DNA of 64,000 nt from the NCBI GenBank assembly GCA_964016885.1, contig OZ024762.1, forward strand, positions 16,368,001 to 16,432,000, in the 5' to 3' direction. This stretch comes from Eledone cirrhosa (lineage: Eukaryota). A model generated the notes under the pieces. The model saw only the letters and a program-made list of their open reading frames with translations. It was not told where the DNA came from and did not search any database. The position numbers and the translations under genes were made by a program. Shown here piece after piece: positions 38,696-53,605 of the stretch (its first letter is position 1; each line of letters opens with the position of its first letter).

Positions 38696-38820
38696 TATAT
38701 ATATGTCTTTCGTACCCCTCTCTACACCTCACAATGTTCCCCAGCCAGCCAGAATATTTATATACACGCACACATATATATCATTAATTTAATATACGCT
38801 TTCCCTGGTAGCAATGGTTG

Positions 38821-39805
<985 letters not shown>

Positions 39806-39945
39806 CACGTAGTTAGTGGAGCGAACAAACAGACGTGATTTATGGACTCAAGTCAGGCGACTTCACAGTGAAACGGACGTGATTGATGGTTAACATAGGG
39901 GGTAAGTTGATACTGGGGTAGGGAACGGGTGACAGTTCACCTCCT

Positions 39946-42900
39946 GTCTGGCTGGGTGGGGTACATTGTGAGGTGTAGAGAGGGGTACGAAAGACATGTG
40001 AGGCCAGGACCTTCTGGCTGACTGGGGGACATTGTGAGGTGTAGAGAGGGGTACGGAAGACATGTGGGACCAGGACCTTCTGGCTGGGTGAAGGACATTG
40101 TGAGGTGTAGAGAGGGGTACGTAAGACATGTGGGGCCAGGACCTTCTGGCTGGCTGGGGGACATTGTGAGGTGTAGAGAGGGGTACGTAAGACATGTGGG
40201 GCCAGGACCTTCTGGCTGACTGGGGGACATTGTGAGGTGTAGAGAGGGGTACGGAAGACATGTGGGGCCAGGACCTTCTGGCTGACTGGGGGACATTGTG
40301 AGGTGTAGAGAGGGGTACGGAAGACATGTGGGGCCAGGACCTTCTGGCTGACTGGGGGACATTGTGAGGTGTAGAGAGGGGTACGAAAGACATGTGGGGC
40401 CAGGACCTTCTGGCTGACTGGGGGACATTGTGAGGTGTAGAGAGGGGTACGAAAGACATGTGGGGCCAGGACCTTCTGGCTGACTGGGGGACATTGTGAG
40501 GTGTAGAGAGGGGTACGGAAGACATGTGGGGCCAGGACCTTCTGGCTGACTGGGGGACATTGTGAGGTGTAGAGAGGGGTACGAAAGACATGTGGGGCCA
40601 GGACCTTCTGGCTGACTGGGGGACATTGTGAGGTGTAGAGAGGGGTACGGAAGACATGTGGGGTCAGGACCTTCTGGCTGGCTGGGTGGGGGACATTGTG
40701 AGGTGTAGAGAGGGGTATGTAAGACATGTGGGGTCAGGACCTTCTGGCTGGCTGGGTGGGGGACATTGTGAGGTGTAGAGAGGGGTACGGAAGACATGTG
40801 GGGTCAGGACCTTCTGGCTGGCTGGGTGGGGGACATTGTGAGGTGTAGAGAGGGGTACGTAAGACATGTGGGGCCAGGACCTTCTGGCTGGGTGGAGGAC
40901 ATTGTGAGGTGTAGAGAGGGGTACGTAAGACATGTGGGACCAGGACCTTCTCGCTGACTGGGGGACATTGAGGTGTAGAGAGGGGTACGAAAGACATGTG
41001 GGGCCAGGACCTTCTGGCTGGCTGGGGGACATTGTGAGGTGTAGAGAGGGGTACGGAAGACATGTGGGGCCAGGACCTTCTGGCTGGCTGGGTGGGGGAC
41101 ATTGTGAGGTGTAGAGAGGGGTACGGAAGACATGTGGGGCCAGGACCTTCTGGCTGGCTGACTGGGGGACATTGTGAGGTGTAGAGAGGGGTACGGAAGA
41201 CATGTGGGGCCAGGACCTTCTGGCTGGCTGGGTGGGGGACATTGTGAGGTGTAGAGAGGGGTACGGAAGACATGTGGGGCCAGGACCTTCTGGCTGGCTG
41301 GGTGGGGGACATTGTGAGGTGTAGAGAGGGGTACGGAAGACATGTGGGACCAGGACCTTCTGGCTGGCTGGGTGGGGGACATTGTGAGGTGTAGAGAGGG
41401 GTACGGAAGACATGTGGGGCCAGGACCTTCTGGCTGACTGGGTGGGGGACATTGTGAGGTGTAGAGAGGGGTACGTAAGACATGTGGGGCCAGGACCTTC
41501 TGGCTGGGTGGGGGACATTGAGGTGTAGAGGGGGGTACGGAAGACATGTGGGGCCAGGACCTTCTGGCTGGGTGGGGGACATTGTGAGGTGTAGAGAGGG
41601 GTACGGAAGACATGTGGGGCCAGGACCTTCTGGCTGGCTGGGTGGGGGACATTGTGAGGTGTAGAGAGGGGTACGGAAGACATGTGGGGCCAGGACCTTC
41701 TGGCTGGCTGGGTGGGGGACATTGTGAGGTGTAGAGAGGGGTACGGAAGACATGTGGGGCCAGGACCTTCTGGCTGGCTGGGTGGGGGACATTGTGAGGT
41801 GTAGAGAGGGGTACGGAAGACATGTGGGGCCAGGACCTTCTGGCTGGCTGGGTGGGGGACATTGTGAGGTGTAGAGAGGGGTACGGAAGACATGTGGGGC
41901 CAGGACCTTCTGGCTGGCTGGGTGGGGGACATTGTGAGGTGTAGAGAGGGGTACGGAAGACATGTGGGGCCAGGACCTTCTGGCTGACTGGGTGGGGGAC
42001 ATTGTGAGGTGTAGAGGGGGCTACGGAAGACATGTGGGGCCAGGACCTTCTGGCTGACTGGGTGGGGGACATTGTGAGGTGTAGAGAGGGGCTACGGAAG
42101 ACATGTGGGGCCAGGACCTTCTGGCTGGGTGGGGGACATTGTGAGGTGTAGAGGGGGCTACGGAAGACATGTGGGGCCAGGACCTCCTGGCTGGCTGGGG
42201 GACATTGTGAGGTGTAGAGGGGGGTACCTAAGACATGTGGGGCCAGGACCTTCTGGCTGGGTGGGGGACATTGTGAGGTGTAGAGGGGGGTACCTAAGAC
42301 ATGTGGGGCCAGGACCTTCTGGCTGGGTGGGGGACATTGTGAGGTGTAGAGAGGGGTACGGAAGACATGTGGGGCCAGGACCTCCTGGCTGGCTGGGGGA
42401 CATTGTGAGGTGTAGAGGGGGGTACCTAAGACATGTGGGGCCAGGACCTCCTGGCTGGCTGGGTGGGGGACATTGTGAGGTGTAGAGGGGGGTACGAAAG
42501 ACATGTGGGGCCAGGACCTTCTGGCTGGGTGGGGGACATTGTGAGGTGTAGAGAGGGCTACGGAAGACATGTGGGACCAGGACCTTCTGGCTGACTGGGG
42601 GACATTGTGAGGTGTAGAGAGGGGTACCTAAGACATGTGGGGCCAGGACCTTCTGGCTGGCTGGGGGACATTGTGAGGTGTAGAGAGGGGTACGTAAGAC
42701 ATGTGGGGCCAGGACCTTCTGGCTGGCTGGGGGACATTGTGAGGTGTAGAGAGGGGTACCTAAGACATGTGGGGCCAGGACCTTCTGGCTGGGTGGGGGA
42801 CATTGTGAGGTGTAGAGGGGGGTACGAAAGACATGTGGGACCAGGACCTTCTGGCTGGCTGGGTGGGGGACATTGTGAGGTGTAGAGAGGGGTACGTAAG

Positions 42901-45900
42901 ACATGTGGGACCAGGACCTTCTGGCTGACTGGGGGACATTGTGAGGTGTAGAGGGGGGTACCTAAGACATGTGGGGCCAGGACCTTCTGGCTGGGTGGGG
43001 GACATTGTGAGGTGTAGAGGGGGGTACCTAAGACATGTGGGGCCAGGACCTTCTGGCTGGGTGGGGGACATTGTGAGGTGTAGAGGGGGGTACCTAAGAC
43101 ATGTGGGGCCAGGACCTTCTGGCTGGGTGGGGGACATTGTGAGGTGTAGAGGGGGGTACCTAAGACATGTGGGGCCAGGACCTTCTGGCTGGCTGGGGGA
43201 CATTGTGAGGTGTAGAGGGGGGTACCTAAGACATGTGGGGCCAGGACCTTCTGGCTGGCTGGGGGACATTGTGAGGTGTAGAGGGGGGTACGAAAGACAT
43301 GTGGGGCCAGGACCTTCTGGCTGGCTGGGGGACATTGTGAGGTGTAGAGAGGGGTACCTAAGACATGTGGGGCCAGGACCTTCTGGCTGGCTGGGGGACA
43401 TTGTGAGGTGTAGAGGGGGGTACGGAAGACATGTGGGGCCAGGACCTTCTGGCTGGGTGGGGGACATTGTGAGGTGTAGAGAGGGGTACGAAAGACATGT
43501 GGGACCAGGACCTTCTGGCTGGGTGGGGGACATTGTGAGCTGTAGAGGGGGGTACGAAAGACATGTGGGGCCAGGACCTTCTGGCTGGGTGGGGGACATT
43601 GTGAGGTGTAGAGAGGGGTACGAAAGACATGTGGGGCCAGGACCTTCTGGCTGGGTGGGGGACATTGTGAGCTGTAGAGGGGGCTACGAAAGACATGTGG
43701 GGCCAGGACCTTCTGGCTGGGTGGGGGACATTGTGAGGTGTAGAGAGGGGTACGGAAGACATGTGGGGCCAGGACCTTCTGGCTGGCTGGGGGACATTGT
43801 GAGGTGTAGAGAGGGGTACGGAAGACATGTGGGGCCAGGACCTTCTGGCTGACTGGGGGACATTGTGAGGTGTAGAGAGGGGTACGGAAGACATGTGGGG
43901 CCAGGACCTTCTGGCTGGCTGGGGGACATTGTGAGGTATAGAGGGGGGTACGGAAGACATGTGGGGCCAGGACCTTCTGGCTGACTGGGGGACATTGTGA
44001 GGTGTAGAGAGGGGTACGAAAGACATGTGGGGCCAGGACCTTCTGGCTGACTGGGGGACATTGTGAGGTGTAGAGAGGGGTACGAAAGACATGTGGGGCC
44101 AGGACCTTCTGGCTGACTGGGGGACATTGTGAGGTGTAGAGGGGGGTACGGAAGACATGTGGGGCCAGGACCTTCTGGCTGGCTGGCTGGGGGACATTGT
44201 GAGGTGTAGAGGGGGGTACGAAAGACATGTGGGGCCAGGACCTTCTGGCTGGCTGGCTGGGGGACATTGTGAGGTGTAGAGAGGGGTACGAAAGACATGT
44301 GGGGCCAGGACCTTCTGGCTGGCTGGCTGGGGGACATTGTGAGGTGTAGAGGGGGGTACGGAAGACATGTGGGGCCAGGACCTTCTGGCTGGCTGGCTGG
44401 GGGACATTGTGAGGTGTAGAGAGGGGTACGAAAGACATGTGGGGCCAGGACCTTCTGGCTGGCTGGCTGGGGGACATTGTGAGGTGTAGAGGGGGGTACG
44501 GAAGACATGTGGGGCCAGGACCTTCTGGCTGGCTGGCTGGGGGACATTGTGAGGTGTAGAGGGGGGTACGAAAGACATGTGGGGCCAGGACCTTCTGGCT
44601 GGCTGGCTGGGGGACATTGTGAGGTGTAGAGAGGGGTACGTAAGACATGTGGGGCCAGGACCTTCTGGCTGGCTGGGGGACATTGTGAGGTGTAGAGAGG
44701 GGTACGGAAGACATGTGGGGCCAGGACCTTCTGGCTGGGTGGGGGACATTGTGAGGTGTAGAGGGGGGTACGTAAGACATGTGGGGTCAGGACCTTCTGG
44801 CTGGGTGGGGGACATTGTGAGGTGTAGAGAGGGGTACGGAAGACATGTGGGGCCAGGACCTTCTGGCTGGGTGGGGGACATTGTGAGGTGTAGAGAGGGG
44901 TACGGAAGACATGTGGGGCCAGGACCTTCTGGCTGGGTGGAGGACATTGTGAGGTGTAGAGAGGGGTACGGAAGACATGTGGGGCCAGGACCTTCTGGCT
45001 GACTGGGGGACATTGTGAGGTGTAGAGAGGGGTACGGAAGACATGTGGGGCCAGGACCTTCTGGCTGGGTGGGGGACATTGTGAGGTGTAGAGAGGGGTA
45101 CGGAAGACATGTGGGGCCAGGACCTTCTGGCTGACTGGGGGACATTGTGAGGTGTAGAGAGGGGTACGGAAGACATGTGGGGCCAGGACCTTCTGGCTGG
45201 GTGGGGGACATTGTGAGGTGTAGAGAGGGGTACGGAAGACATGTGGGGCCAGGACCTTCTGGCTGACTGGGGGACATTGTGAGGTGTAGAGAGGGGTACG
45301 GAAGACATGTGGGGCCAGGACCTTCTGGCTGGGTGGGGGACATTGTGAGGTGTAGAGAGGGGTACGGAAGACATGTGGGGCCAGGACCTTCTGGCTGACT
45401 GGGGGACATTGTGAGGTGTAGAGAGGGGTACGGAAGACATGTGGGGCCAGGACCTTCTGGCTGGGTGGGGGACATTGTGAGGTGTAGAGGGGGGTACGGA
45501 AGACATGTGGGGCCAGGACCTTCTGGCTGGGGGACATTGTGAGGTGTAGAGGGGGGTACGTAAGACATGTGGGACCAGGACCTTCTGGCTGACTGGGGGA
45601 CATTGTGAGGTGTAGAGAGGGGTACGGAAGACATGTGGGGCCAGGACCTTCTGGCTGGGGGACATTGTGAGGTGTAGAGGGGGGTACGTAAGACATGTGG
45701 GGTCAGGACCTTCTGGCTGGGTGGGTGGGGGACATTGTGAGGTGTAGAGGGGGGTACGTAAGACATGTGGGGCCAGGACCTTCTGGCTGACTGGGGGACA
45801 TTGTGAGGTGTAGAGAGGGGTACGGAAGACATGTGGGGCCAGGACCTTCTGGCTGGGTGGGTGGGGGACATTGTGAGGTGTAGAGGGGGGTACGGAAGAC

Positions 45901-48874
45901 ATGTGGGGCCAGGACCTTCTGGCTGGGGGACATTGTGAGGTGTAGAGGGGGGTACGTAAGACATGTGGGACCAGGACCTTCTGGCTGACTGGGGGACATT
46001 GTGAGGTGTAGAGAGGGGTACGGAAGACATGTGGGGCCAGGACCTTCTGGCTGGGGGACATTGTGAGGTGTAGAGGGGGGTACGTAAGACATGTGGGGTC
46101 AGGACCTTCTGGCTGGGTGGGTGGGGGACATTGTGAGGTGTAGAGGGGGGTACGGAAGACATGTGGGGCCAGGACCTTCTGGCTGACTGGGGGACATTGT
46201 GAGGTGTAGAGAGGGGTACGGAAGACATGTGGGGCCAGGACCTTCTGGCTGACTGGGGGACATTGTGAGGTGTAGAGAGGGGTACGGAAGACATGTGGGG
46301 CCAGGACCTTCTGGCTGACTGGGGGACATTGTGAGGTGTAGAGAGGGGTACGGAAGACATGTGGGGCCAGGACCTTCTGGCTGGGTGGGGGACATTGTGA
46401 GGTGTAGAGAGGGGTACGGAAGACATGTGGGGCCAGGACCTTCTGGCTGGGTGGGTGGGGGACATTGTGAGGTGTAGAGGGGGGTACGGAAGACATGTGG
46501 GGCCAGGACCTTCTGGCTGACTGGGGGACATTGTGAGGTGTAGAGAGGGGTACGGAAGACATGTGGGGCCAGGACCTTCTGGCTGGGGGACATTGTGAGG
46601 TGTAGAGGGGGGTACGTAAGACATGTGGGGCCAGGACCTTCTGGCTGACTGGGGGACATTGTGAGGTGTAGAGAGGGGTACGGAAGACATGTGGGGCCAG
46701 GACCTTCTGGCTGGGGGACATTGTGAGGTGTAGAGGGGGGTACGTAAGACATGTGGGGCCAGGACCTTCTGGCTGACTGGGGGACATTGTGAGGTGTAGA
46801 GAGGGGTACGGAAGACATGTGGGGCCAGGACCTTCTGGCTGGGGGACATTGTGAGGTGTAGAGGGGGGTACGGAAGACATGTGGGACCAGGACCTTCTGG
46901 CTGGGTGGGGGACATTGTGAGGTGTAGAGGGGGCTACGGAAGACATGTGGGGCCAGGACCTTCTGGCTGGGTGGGGGACATTGTGAGGTGTAGAGGGGGC
47001 TACGGAAGACATGTGGGGCCAGGACCTTCTGGCTGGGTGGGGGACATTGTGAGGTGTAGAGAGGGGTACGGAAGACATGTGGGACCAGGACCTTCTGGCT
47101 GGGTGGGGGACATTGTGAGGTGTAGAGGGGGGTACGTAAGACATGTGGGGCCAGGACCTTCTGGCTGGGTGGGGGACATTGTGAGGTGTAGAGAGGGGTA
47201 CGGAAGACATGTGGGACCAGGACCTTCTGGCTGACTGGGGGACATTGTGAGGTGTAGAGAGGGGTACGGAAGACATGTGGGGCCAGGACCTTCTGGCTGG
47301 GTGGGGGACATTGTGAGGTGTAGAGGGGGCTACGGAAGACATGTGGGGCCAGGACCTTCTGGCTGGGTGGGGGACATTGTGAGGTGTAGAGGGGGGTACG
47401 GAAGACATGTGGGGCCAGGACCTTCTGGCTGGGTGGGGGACATTGTGAGGTGTAGAGGGGGGTACGTAAGACATGTGGGACCAGGACCTTCTGGCTGGGT
47501 GGGGGACATTGTGAGGTGTAGAGGGGGGTACGGAAGACATGTGGGGCCAGGACCTTCTGGCTGGGTGGGGGACATTGTGAGGTGTAGAGGGGGCTACGGA
47601 AGACATGTGGGGCCAGGACCTTCTGGCTGGGTGGGGGACATTGTGAGGTGTAGAGAGGGGTACGTAAGACATGTGGGACCAGGACCTTCTGGCTGGGTGG
47701 GGGACATTGTGAGGTGTAGAGAGGGGTACGGAAGACATGTGGGGCCAGGACCTTCTGGCTGGGTGGGGGACATTGTGAGCTGTAGAGAGGGGTACGTAAG
47801 ACATGTGGGGCCAGGACCTTCTGGCTGGCTGGCTGGGGGACATTGTGAGGTGTAGAGGGGGGTACGGAAGACATGTGGGACCAGGACCTTCTGGCTGGGT
47901 GGGGGACATTGTGAGGTGTAGAGAGGGGTACGTAAGACATGTGGGACCAGGACCTTCTGGCTGGGTGGGGGACATTGTGAGGTGTAGAGAGGGGTACGGA
48001 AGACATGTGGGGCCAGGACCTTCTGGCTGGGTGGGGGACATTGTGAGGTGTAGAGAGGGGTACGTAAGACATGTGGGACCAGGACCTTCTGGCTGGGTGG
48101 GGGACATTGTGAGGTGTAGAGAGGGGTACGGAAGACATGTGGGGCCAGGACCTTCTGGCTGACTGGGGGACATTGTGAGGTGTAGAGAGGGGTACGGAAG
48201 ACATGTGGGGCCAGGACCTTCTGGCTGGGTGGGGGACATTGTGAGGTGTAGAGAGGGGTACGTAAGACATGTGGGACCAGGACCTTCTGGCTGGGTGGGG
48301 GACATTGTGAGGTGTAGAGAGGGGTACGTAAGACATGTGGGGCCAGGACCTTCTGGCTGGGTGGGGGACATTGTGAGGTGTAGAGAGGGGTACGGAAGAC
48401 ATGTGGGACCAGGACCTTCTGGCTGGGTGGGGGACATTGTGAGGTGTAGAGAGGGGTACGTAAGACATGTGGGACCAGGACCTTCTGGCTGGGTGGGGGA
48501 CATTGTGAGGTGTAGAGAGGGGTACGGAAGACATGTGGGGCCAGGACCTTCTGGCTGACTGGGGGACATTGTGAGGTGTAGAGAGGGGTACGGAAGACAT
48601 GTGGGGCCAGGACCTTCTGGCTGGGTGGGGGACATTGTGAGGTGTAGAGAGGGGTACGGAAGACATGTGGGGCCAGGACCTTCTGGCTGGGTGGGGGACA
48701 TTGTGAGGTGTAGAGGGGGGTACGGAAGACATGTGGGACCAGGACCTTCTGGCTGACTGGGGGACATTGTGAGGTGTAGAGAGGGGTACGGAAGACATGT
48801 GGGGCCAGGACCTTCTGGCTGGGTGGGGGACATTGTGAGGTGTAGATGGGGGTACGGAAGACATGTGGGGCCAG
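39946..48874. repeat. G-rich satellite, 66-bp unit with 62- and 70-bp variants, roughly 130-135 copies
   Basis: Unit GGGGGACATTGTGAGGTGTAGAGAGGGGTACGGAAGACATGTGGGGCCAGGACCTTCTGGCTGGGT. Confidence 0.98.
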
Positions 48875-49049
48875 GGTAGATCTCGTGAGTCGGGTCGGAC
48901 CATGTGTCGAGTGGACTTCGTGTGTTGGGTGGACTTCGTGTGTTGGGGGGATCCCGTGACCGATCAGTTCTGAAGAGCAGAAGTCATTGTAGTAGAGGAG
49001 AGATCACATTTGCAGGCCCTGGTCTGTCGACAGTTATTGGTTCACGAGG

Positions 49050-49365
49050 GTGGGGGGTGGGGGCTTGAGAAGGTTGTGGGTGGGGATTGAGACGTTGGGG
49101 TGGGGATTAAGAACATTGTGGGTGGAGATTGAGACGTTGGGGTGGGGATTAAGAGCGTTGTGGGTGGGGATTGAGACGCTGGGGTGGGGATTAAGAGCGT
49201 TGTGGGTGGGGATTGAGACGCTGGGGTGGGGATTAAGAGCGTTGTGGGTGGGGATTGAGACGCTGGGGTGAGAGAGCGTTGCAGGGTGGGGCTTGAAGCG
49301 TTGTGCGGTGGGGCTTAAGAAAGTGTCGGGTGGGGCTTGAGAACGGGTGGGAGTGGGGCTTGAAA
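49050..49365. repeat. G-rich 42-bp tandem repeat (dimer of ~21-bp units)
   Basis: TTGTGGGTGGGGATTGAGACGCTGGGGTGGGGATTAAGAGCG. Confidence 0.9.
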
Positions 49366-49764
49366 ACATTCACGGTTGGTACTCTAATTCGCAGTAATTC
49401 TAATAAAAAATATCACTGTGAACATTTTCCCCTAAATCTGAGAGTGTATGATTGAAAAATTAAGGACGTGGCGGGGGTGGGGTGGGGGACATTGTCATCC
49501 AAGCCCCCACCCCAGGGGCCGGAGCTGTGGACACCAGAGTAATTCTAAACCGGGCTGTTTCATAATAAAAGAAAAACATTGTGAAAATTTTCTTTTTTAA
49601 AGACTGTGAGGGGTTGGGTGGGGGCTGAGCAATGCCACCCAGGGGACCCCCACCCCGAGAGATCGAGGGGTGGGGGGGTAGTAGATTGTTTCAGTGAGGT
49701 AAAGAACTCCAAGATAATTCGTCAGGTAGCCCCGGAATTGAAGTGAGAGGGGGTTATAGAGGAA

Positions 49765-49895
49765 GAATCGACCCCAGTGTATTACTGGTACTTTATTTTA
49801 TCGACCGCGTAAGGATGAAAGGCAAAGTTAACGTCGGCGGGATTTGAACTCAAGAGAACAGAGAGACGGAACTAATACCACAAGGTATTAGTTCT
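49765..49895 (-). mobile_element. SINE family A, partial
   Basis: TTACTGGTACTTTATTTTATCGACC...CGGCGGGATTTGAACTC. Confidence 0.85.
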
Positions 49896-50254
49896 GATGT
49901 TCTGACGACCATTTGATATCTGATATCATCTGATATCCCGGAGATAACATAAACAACAACCACAACAACATCAATAAGAGCGAACTAATAACAATATCAC
50001 CAACACACACACACACATATATGTGTGTGTGTATACATACATTCACATAAATATATATATACATACGTACAAACACACGCACACGTGTGTGTGTGTATAC
50101 GTATGTATATATGTTTTTATGTGAGTGTATGTATGCACATATATATACACACATGCGTATGTATGTATATATATATGCATATGAATGTATATACACACAC
50201 ACATATATATATATATATATACACATATATAGTGTAAATGATTCAGTGAATTAT

Positions 50255-50311
<57 letters not shown>

Positions 50312-50333
50312 GTGTGTGTACATACATCCATAT

Positions 50334-50386
<53 letters not shown>

Positions 50387-50390
50387 CGCA

Positions 50391-50451
<61 letters not shown>

Positions 50452-50666
50452 TTATGTATGTGTGTGTGGATAGACAGACAGACATAAATAAACCAAATAA
50501 ATACAAGTGAATGAGAAGTTAGTAAATTCGTACAATGAAAACAAAAGAAAAGTATTTCTCAATCTCGTCTTACATAAAAGAGACGACATAGCTGAGGTGT
50601 TTGGAACAACAAAGAAAATAACAGGGTTTTTATTGTTGTTGGACATATTTGAAGTAAAGAACTTAC

Positions 50667-50739
50667 CCGTGGAGGAAGAAGTCCAAATATTTTAGATGGC
50701 GTCGGCAGTGGCAGGGGATGATGTGGACGATGTTGTAGG
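50667..50739 (-). CDS. Possible 73-bp exon of an unknown gene
   Basis: CTTTTCCTCGCAG acceptor, CGG|GTAAGT donor, two open frames (YNIVHIIPCHCRRHLKYLDFFLH or LQHRPHHPLPLPTPSKIFGLLPPR). Confidence 0.4.
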
Positions 50740-51384
50740 CTGCGAGGAAAAGTTTTTTTGGTGGGGTTTTTGGGGTGGGGTTTTTCGGGTGGGGTTTTAT
50801 GGTGGGGTTTTTTGGTAGGGTTTTTTGTGGGGGTTTTTTGTCTGAATAATGTTACGAATGGCACCAAGAAGGTTTTTTTTTAGTTTTTGTTTGTTGTTGT
50901 TGTTTGTTGTTGTTGTTTTTATATGGGGATGGTGGTGGAGTAATGTCGGCGAGGTTGTTTGTTTGTTGTTTTTACCTTTTCTGACTAGAGAGGGGGACAA
51001 TACTAATGATAACAAGAGAGAGGGGGAGATAAAGAATATGAGAGAGAGAGGGGGAGAGAGAGCAAGGAAGAGAGAGTGAGAGGCGTCGGCGAGGTTTTTT
51101 CTTCCTTTCCAACATAGAGAGGGGGGCAATAGAAATAATAAGAAGAGAGAGGGAGAAAGAGTAAGAGAGAGACAGAGAGGTAAAAAGTAGGAAAGAAAGG
51201 GAGAAAAGGAAGGAGAGAGAAAGAGAGAGAGAGACATCGGTGAGGGTTTTTTTTCTTCCCTTCCAAGCGAGAGAGGGGGTCAATACTAATAACAACAATA
51301 ACAACGAGAGAGAGGGAGGGAGAGAGTGAGAGGGGTGGGGAAGATAGTGTGATAGAGAGGAAATGATAAAGAGATATAGAGGAA

Positions 51385-51800
51385 GAATCGAACCAGTGCA
51401 TTACTGGTACTTTATTTTATCGACCTCGAATGGATGAAAGACAAAGTTGACCTCGGCGGGATTTGAACTGAAAGAGCTGAGAGCTGGAACAAATGCGAGA
51501 ACATGTTGATTGTTCCTCGATGCCAGTGTTGAACAAACCGATGATTTGTCATCGGCACGGCACAGCTTTAATCGGGCCGTTTGTTTACAAACGAATCGAA
51601 TATCGAGGGTCGGACGCCATTTGAGGCATAGAGTTACGGCCCTTGCCATTCTGAGTTCAAATCCCGCCGAGGTTAACTTTGCCTTTCATCTTTACGGGGT
51701 CGATAAGAAAATAAAGTACCAGTCACGCACTGGGGTCGATTTAACCGACTTTCCTCTCCCCAAAAAATTGCTGGCCTTGTGCCTACATAAGAAACCATTA
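51385..51800. mobile_element. Inverted pair of SINE family A copies (minus 51385-51469; plus 51605-51800)
   Basis: Family A body in both orientations. Confidence 0.85.
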
Positions 51801-51917
51801 TTAATATTCGATTTAACCCATACTACATACGTATATATATATATGTGTGTATATATATATGTGTGTGTATATATATATGCGTATATATATATGTGTGTGT
51901 GTGTACGTATGCATACT

Positions 51918-51953
<36 letters not shown>

Positions 51954-51975
51954 CATACATATATATATATATACA

Positions 51976-52236
<261 letters not shown>

Positions 52237-52634
52237 ACGTATGCATACTTACACACACACACACACACATACACACATATATATATTGGGTACCTTTGGA
52301 TAAAATTGACTTGTGTTGAAACATTCTCAATGTATCGCAAATGTCATGATAGATAGCAGACAATGTCCTCAAGACCACAGTAGCATTGCAGGGCCCACTG
52401 TAGTATTGAAGGGTCCACTGTAGTATTTTAGGGGCCAATGCTTTGTTTTCAAAAAATACCTGAAATCTAAGAGAAAGAATAAAATTTTTAAAGAAATAAA
52501 TAAAACAAGCAAAGCATTTGGTCAACCGAGGAGGGGGAGAAATGAGGTGGAACAGAAATGAAACATGGATTGCAGGTTCAAATATAGTCTAGATAGATGA
52601 GAAACAAAACGAGGATGTAGTTTATGGAACACCC

Positions 52635-53105
52635 AAATGATTTAGAAGTCGACCTTAAGTAGGAGCAATAACATTAAGATATGAACGACACCACATGATT
52701 TGGTTTTGAAAATTTTGAAAGTAGGTTTATAAGTATGAATTTTCATAAGGACTTTGTCGTTGTCTCTGTAGCCTAGTGGTAGGTACTAGAGATGGTGGAG
52801 ATCCTGGTCTTGGGTTCAATCCTAGTCAAGAGGTACATGCAACCTTTTTCAGTTTTTATTTTACAACCAATAGAAAAAAGCTGAAAAGGTTTACCAGGAA
52901 CCCCTACTCCCGACGAGGATCGAACTTCAGACCAGGATCACCACCGTCTATGACTCCTCCAGCTTGGCCACCGAGACAACTACGAAAATATAATGAAAAT
53001 TGATAATTATAAACCTTCTTTCAAAATCAAAGTTAAAAAGGTGTGTTGTCGTTCATAGCTTTCCTAGAGTTATTAGTAATATTTAGGGTCGACTTCTGGT
53101 CATTA
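52635..53105. mobile_element. Imperfect fold-back element with two inverted tRNA-like segments
   Basis: AGAAGTCGACC/GGTCGACTTCT, ATGAACGACA/TGTCGTTCAT and GATCCTGGTCT/AGACCAGGATC pair symmetrically around ~52865. Confidence 0.65.
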
Positions 53106-53398
53106 TGGAGAGTCTCTGGATTTCGCAAAATACGTAATATTTTTTTTATTGGAGAATGTAAGATAGTTTTCCACAAAAATTTGATTGCACTGTTTTGTTT
53201 TCACTTACGTATTTTTTGAAAATGTTATTTATTCATTATAAAAATTAAATGCTAGCATTCTATATGTAGGTGGGTCCCCTTCATCTCCTGGCAACCAATA
53301 TTTTTAGACCCAGTCCGCCACTGTATATACATGTAAGAAGGAACTAATAAAAAGGCTGTGATATGTGTCCTTGGCGTGAGGAGTGGAAGAGATGTTAG

Positions 53399-53593
53399 CA
53401 TACCTGTCAACTCTCCCCGTCCGACGGGGAGATCTCCCACCCACTTTAGGGTGGGTGCGAGATGTCTTATCTTGTGAAAATAGGTATAGCTTTCATTATA
53501 TAAAACTCCCTATTTTGCCTAATTTCTCAACATTTTGGGACATTTTTTTTCCATGGTACTCCCTACTCGGGTTTTTAGAGGTTGGCAGGTTCG
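53399..53593. mobile_element. hAT-like MITE
   Basis: TIRs CATACCTGTCAAC / GTTGGCAGGTTCG; flanks GATGTTAG / GACGTTAG fit an 8-bp TSD (boundary uncertain by 1 nt). Confidence 0.6.
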
Positions 53594-53605
53594 ACGTTAG
53601 TATGG

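Noticed and set aside
43358-48903. Repetitive proteins of 900-1300 aa
   Set aside because: Units of 62 and 70 bp shift the frame and variant units introduce stops, so no reading frame is conserved
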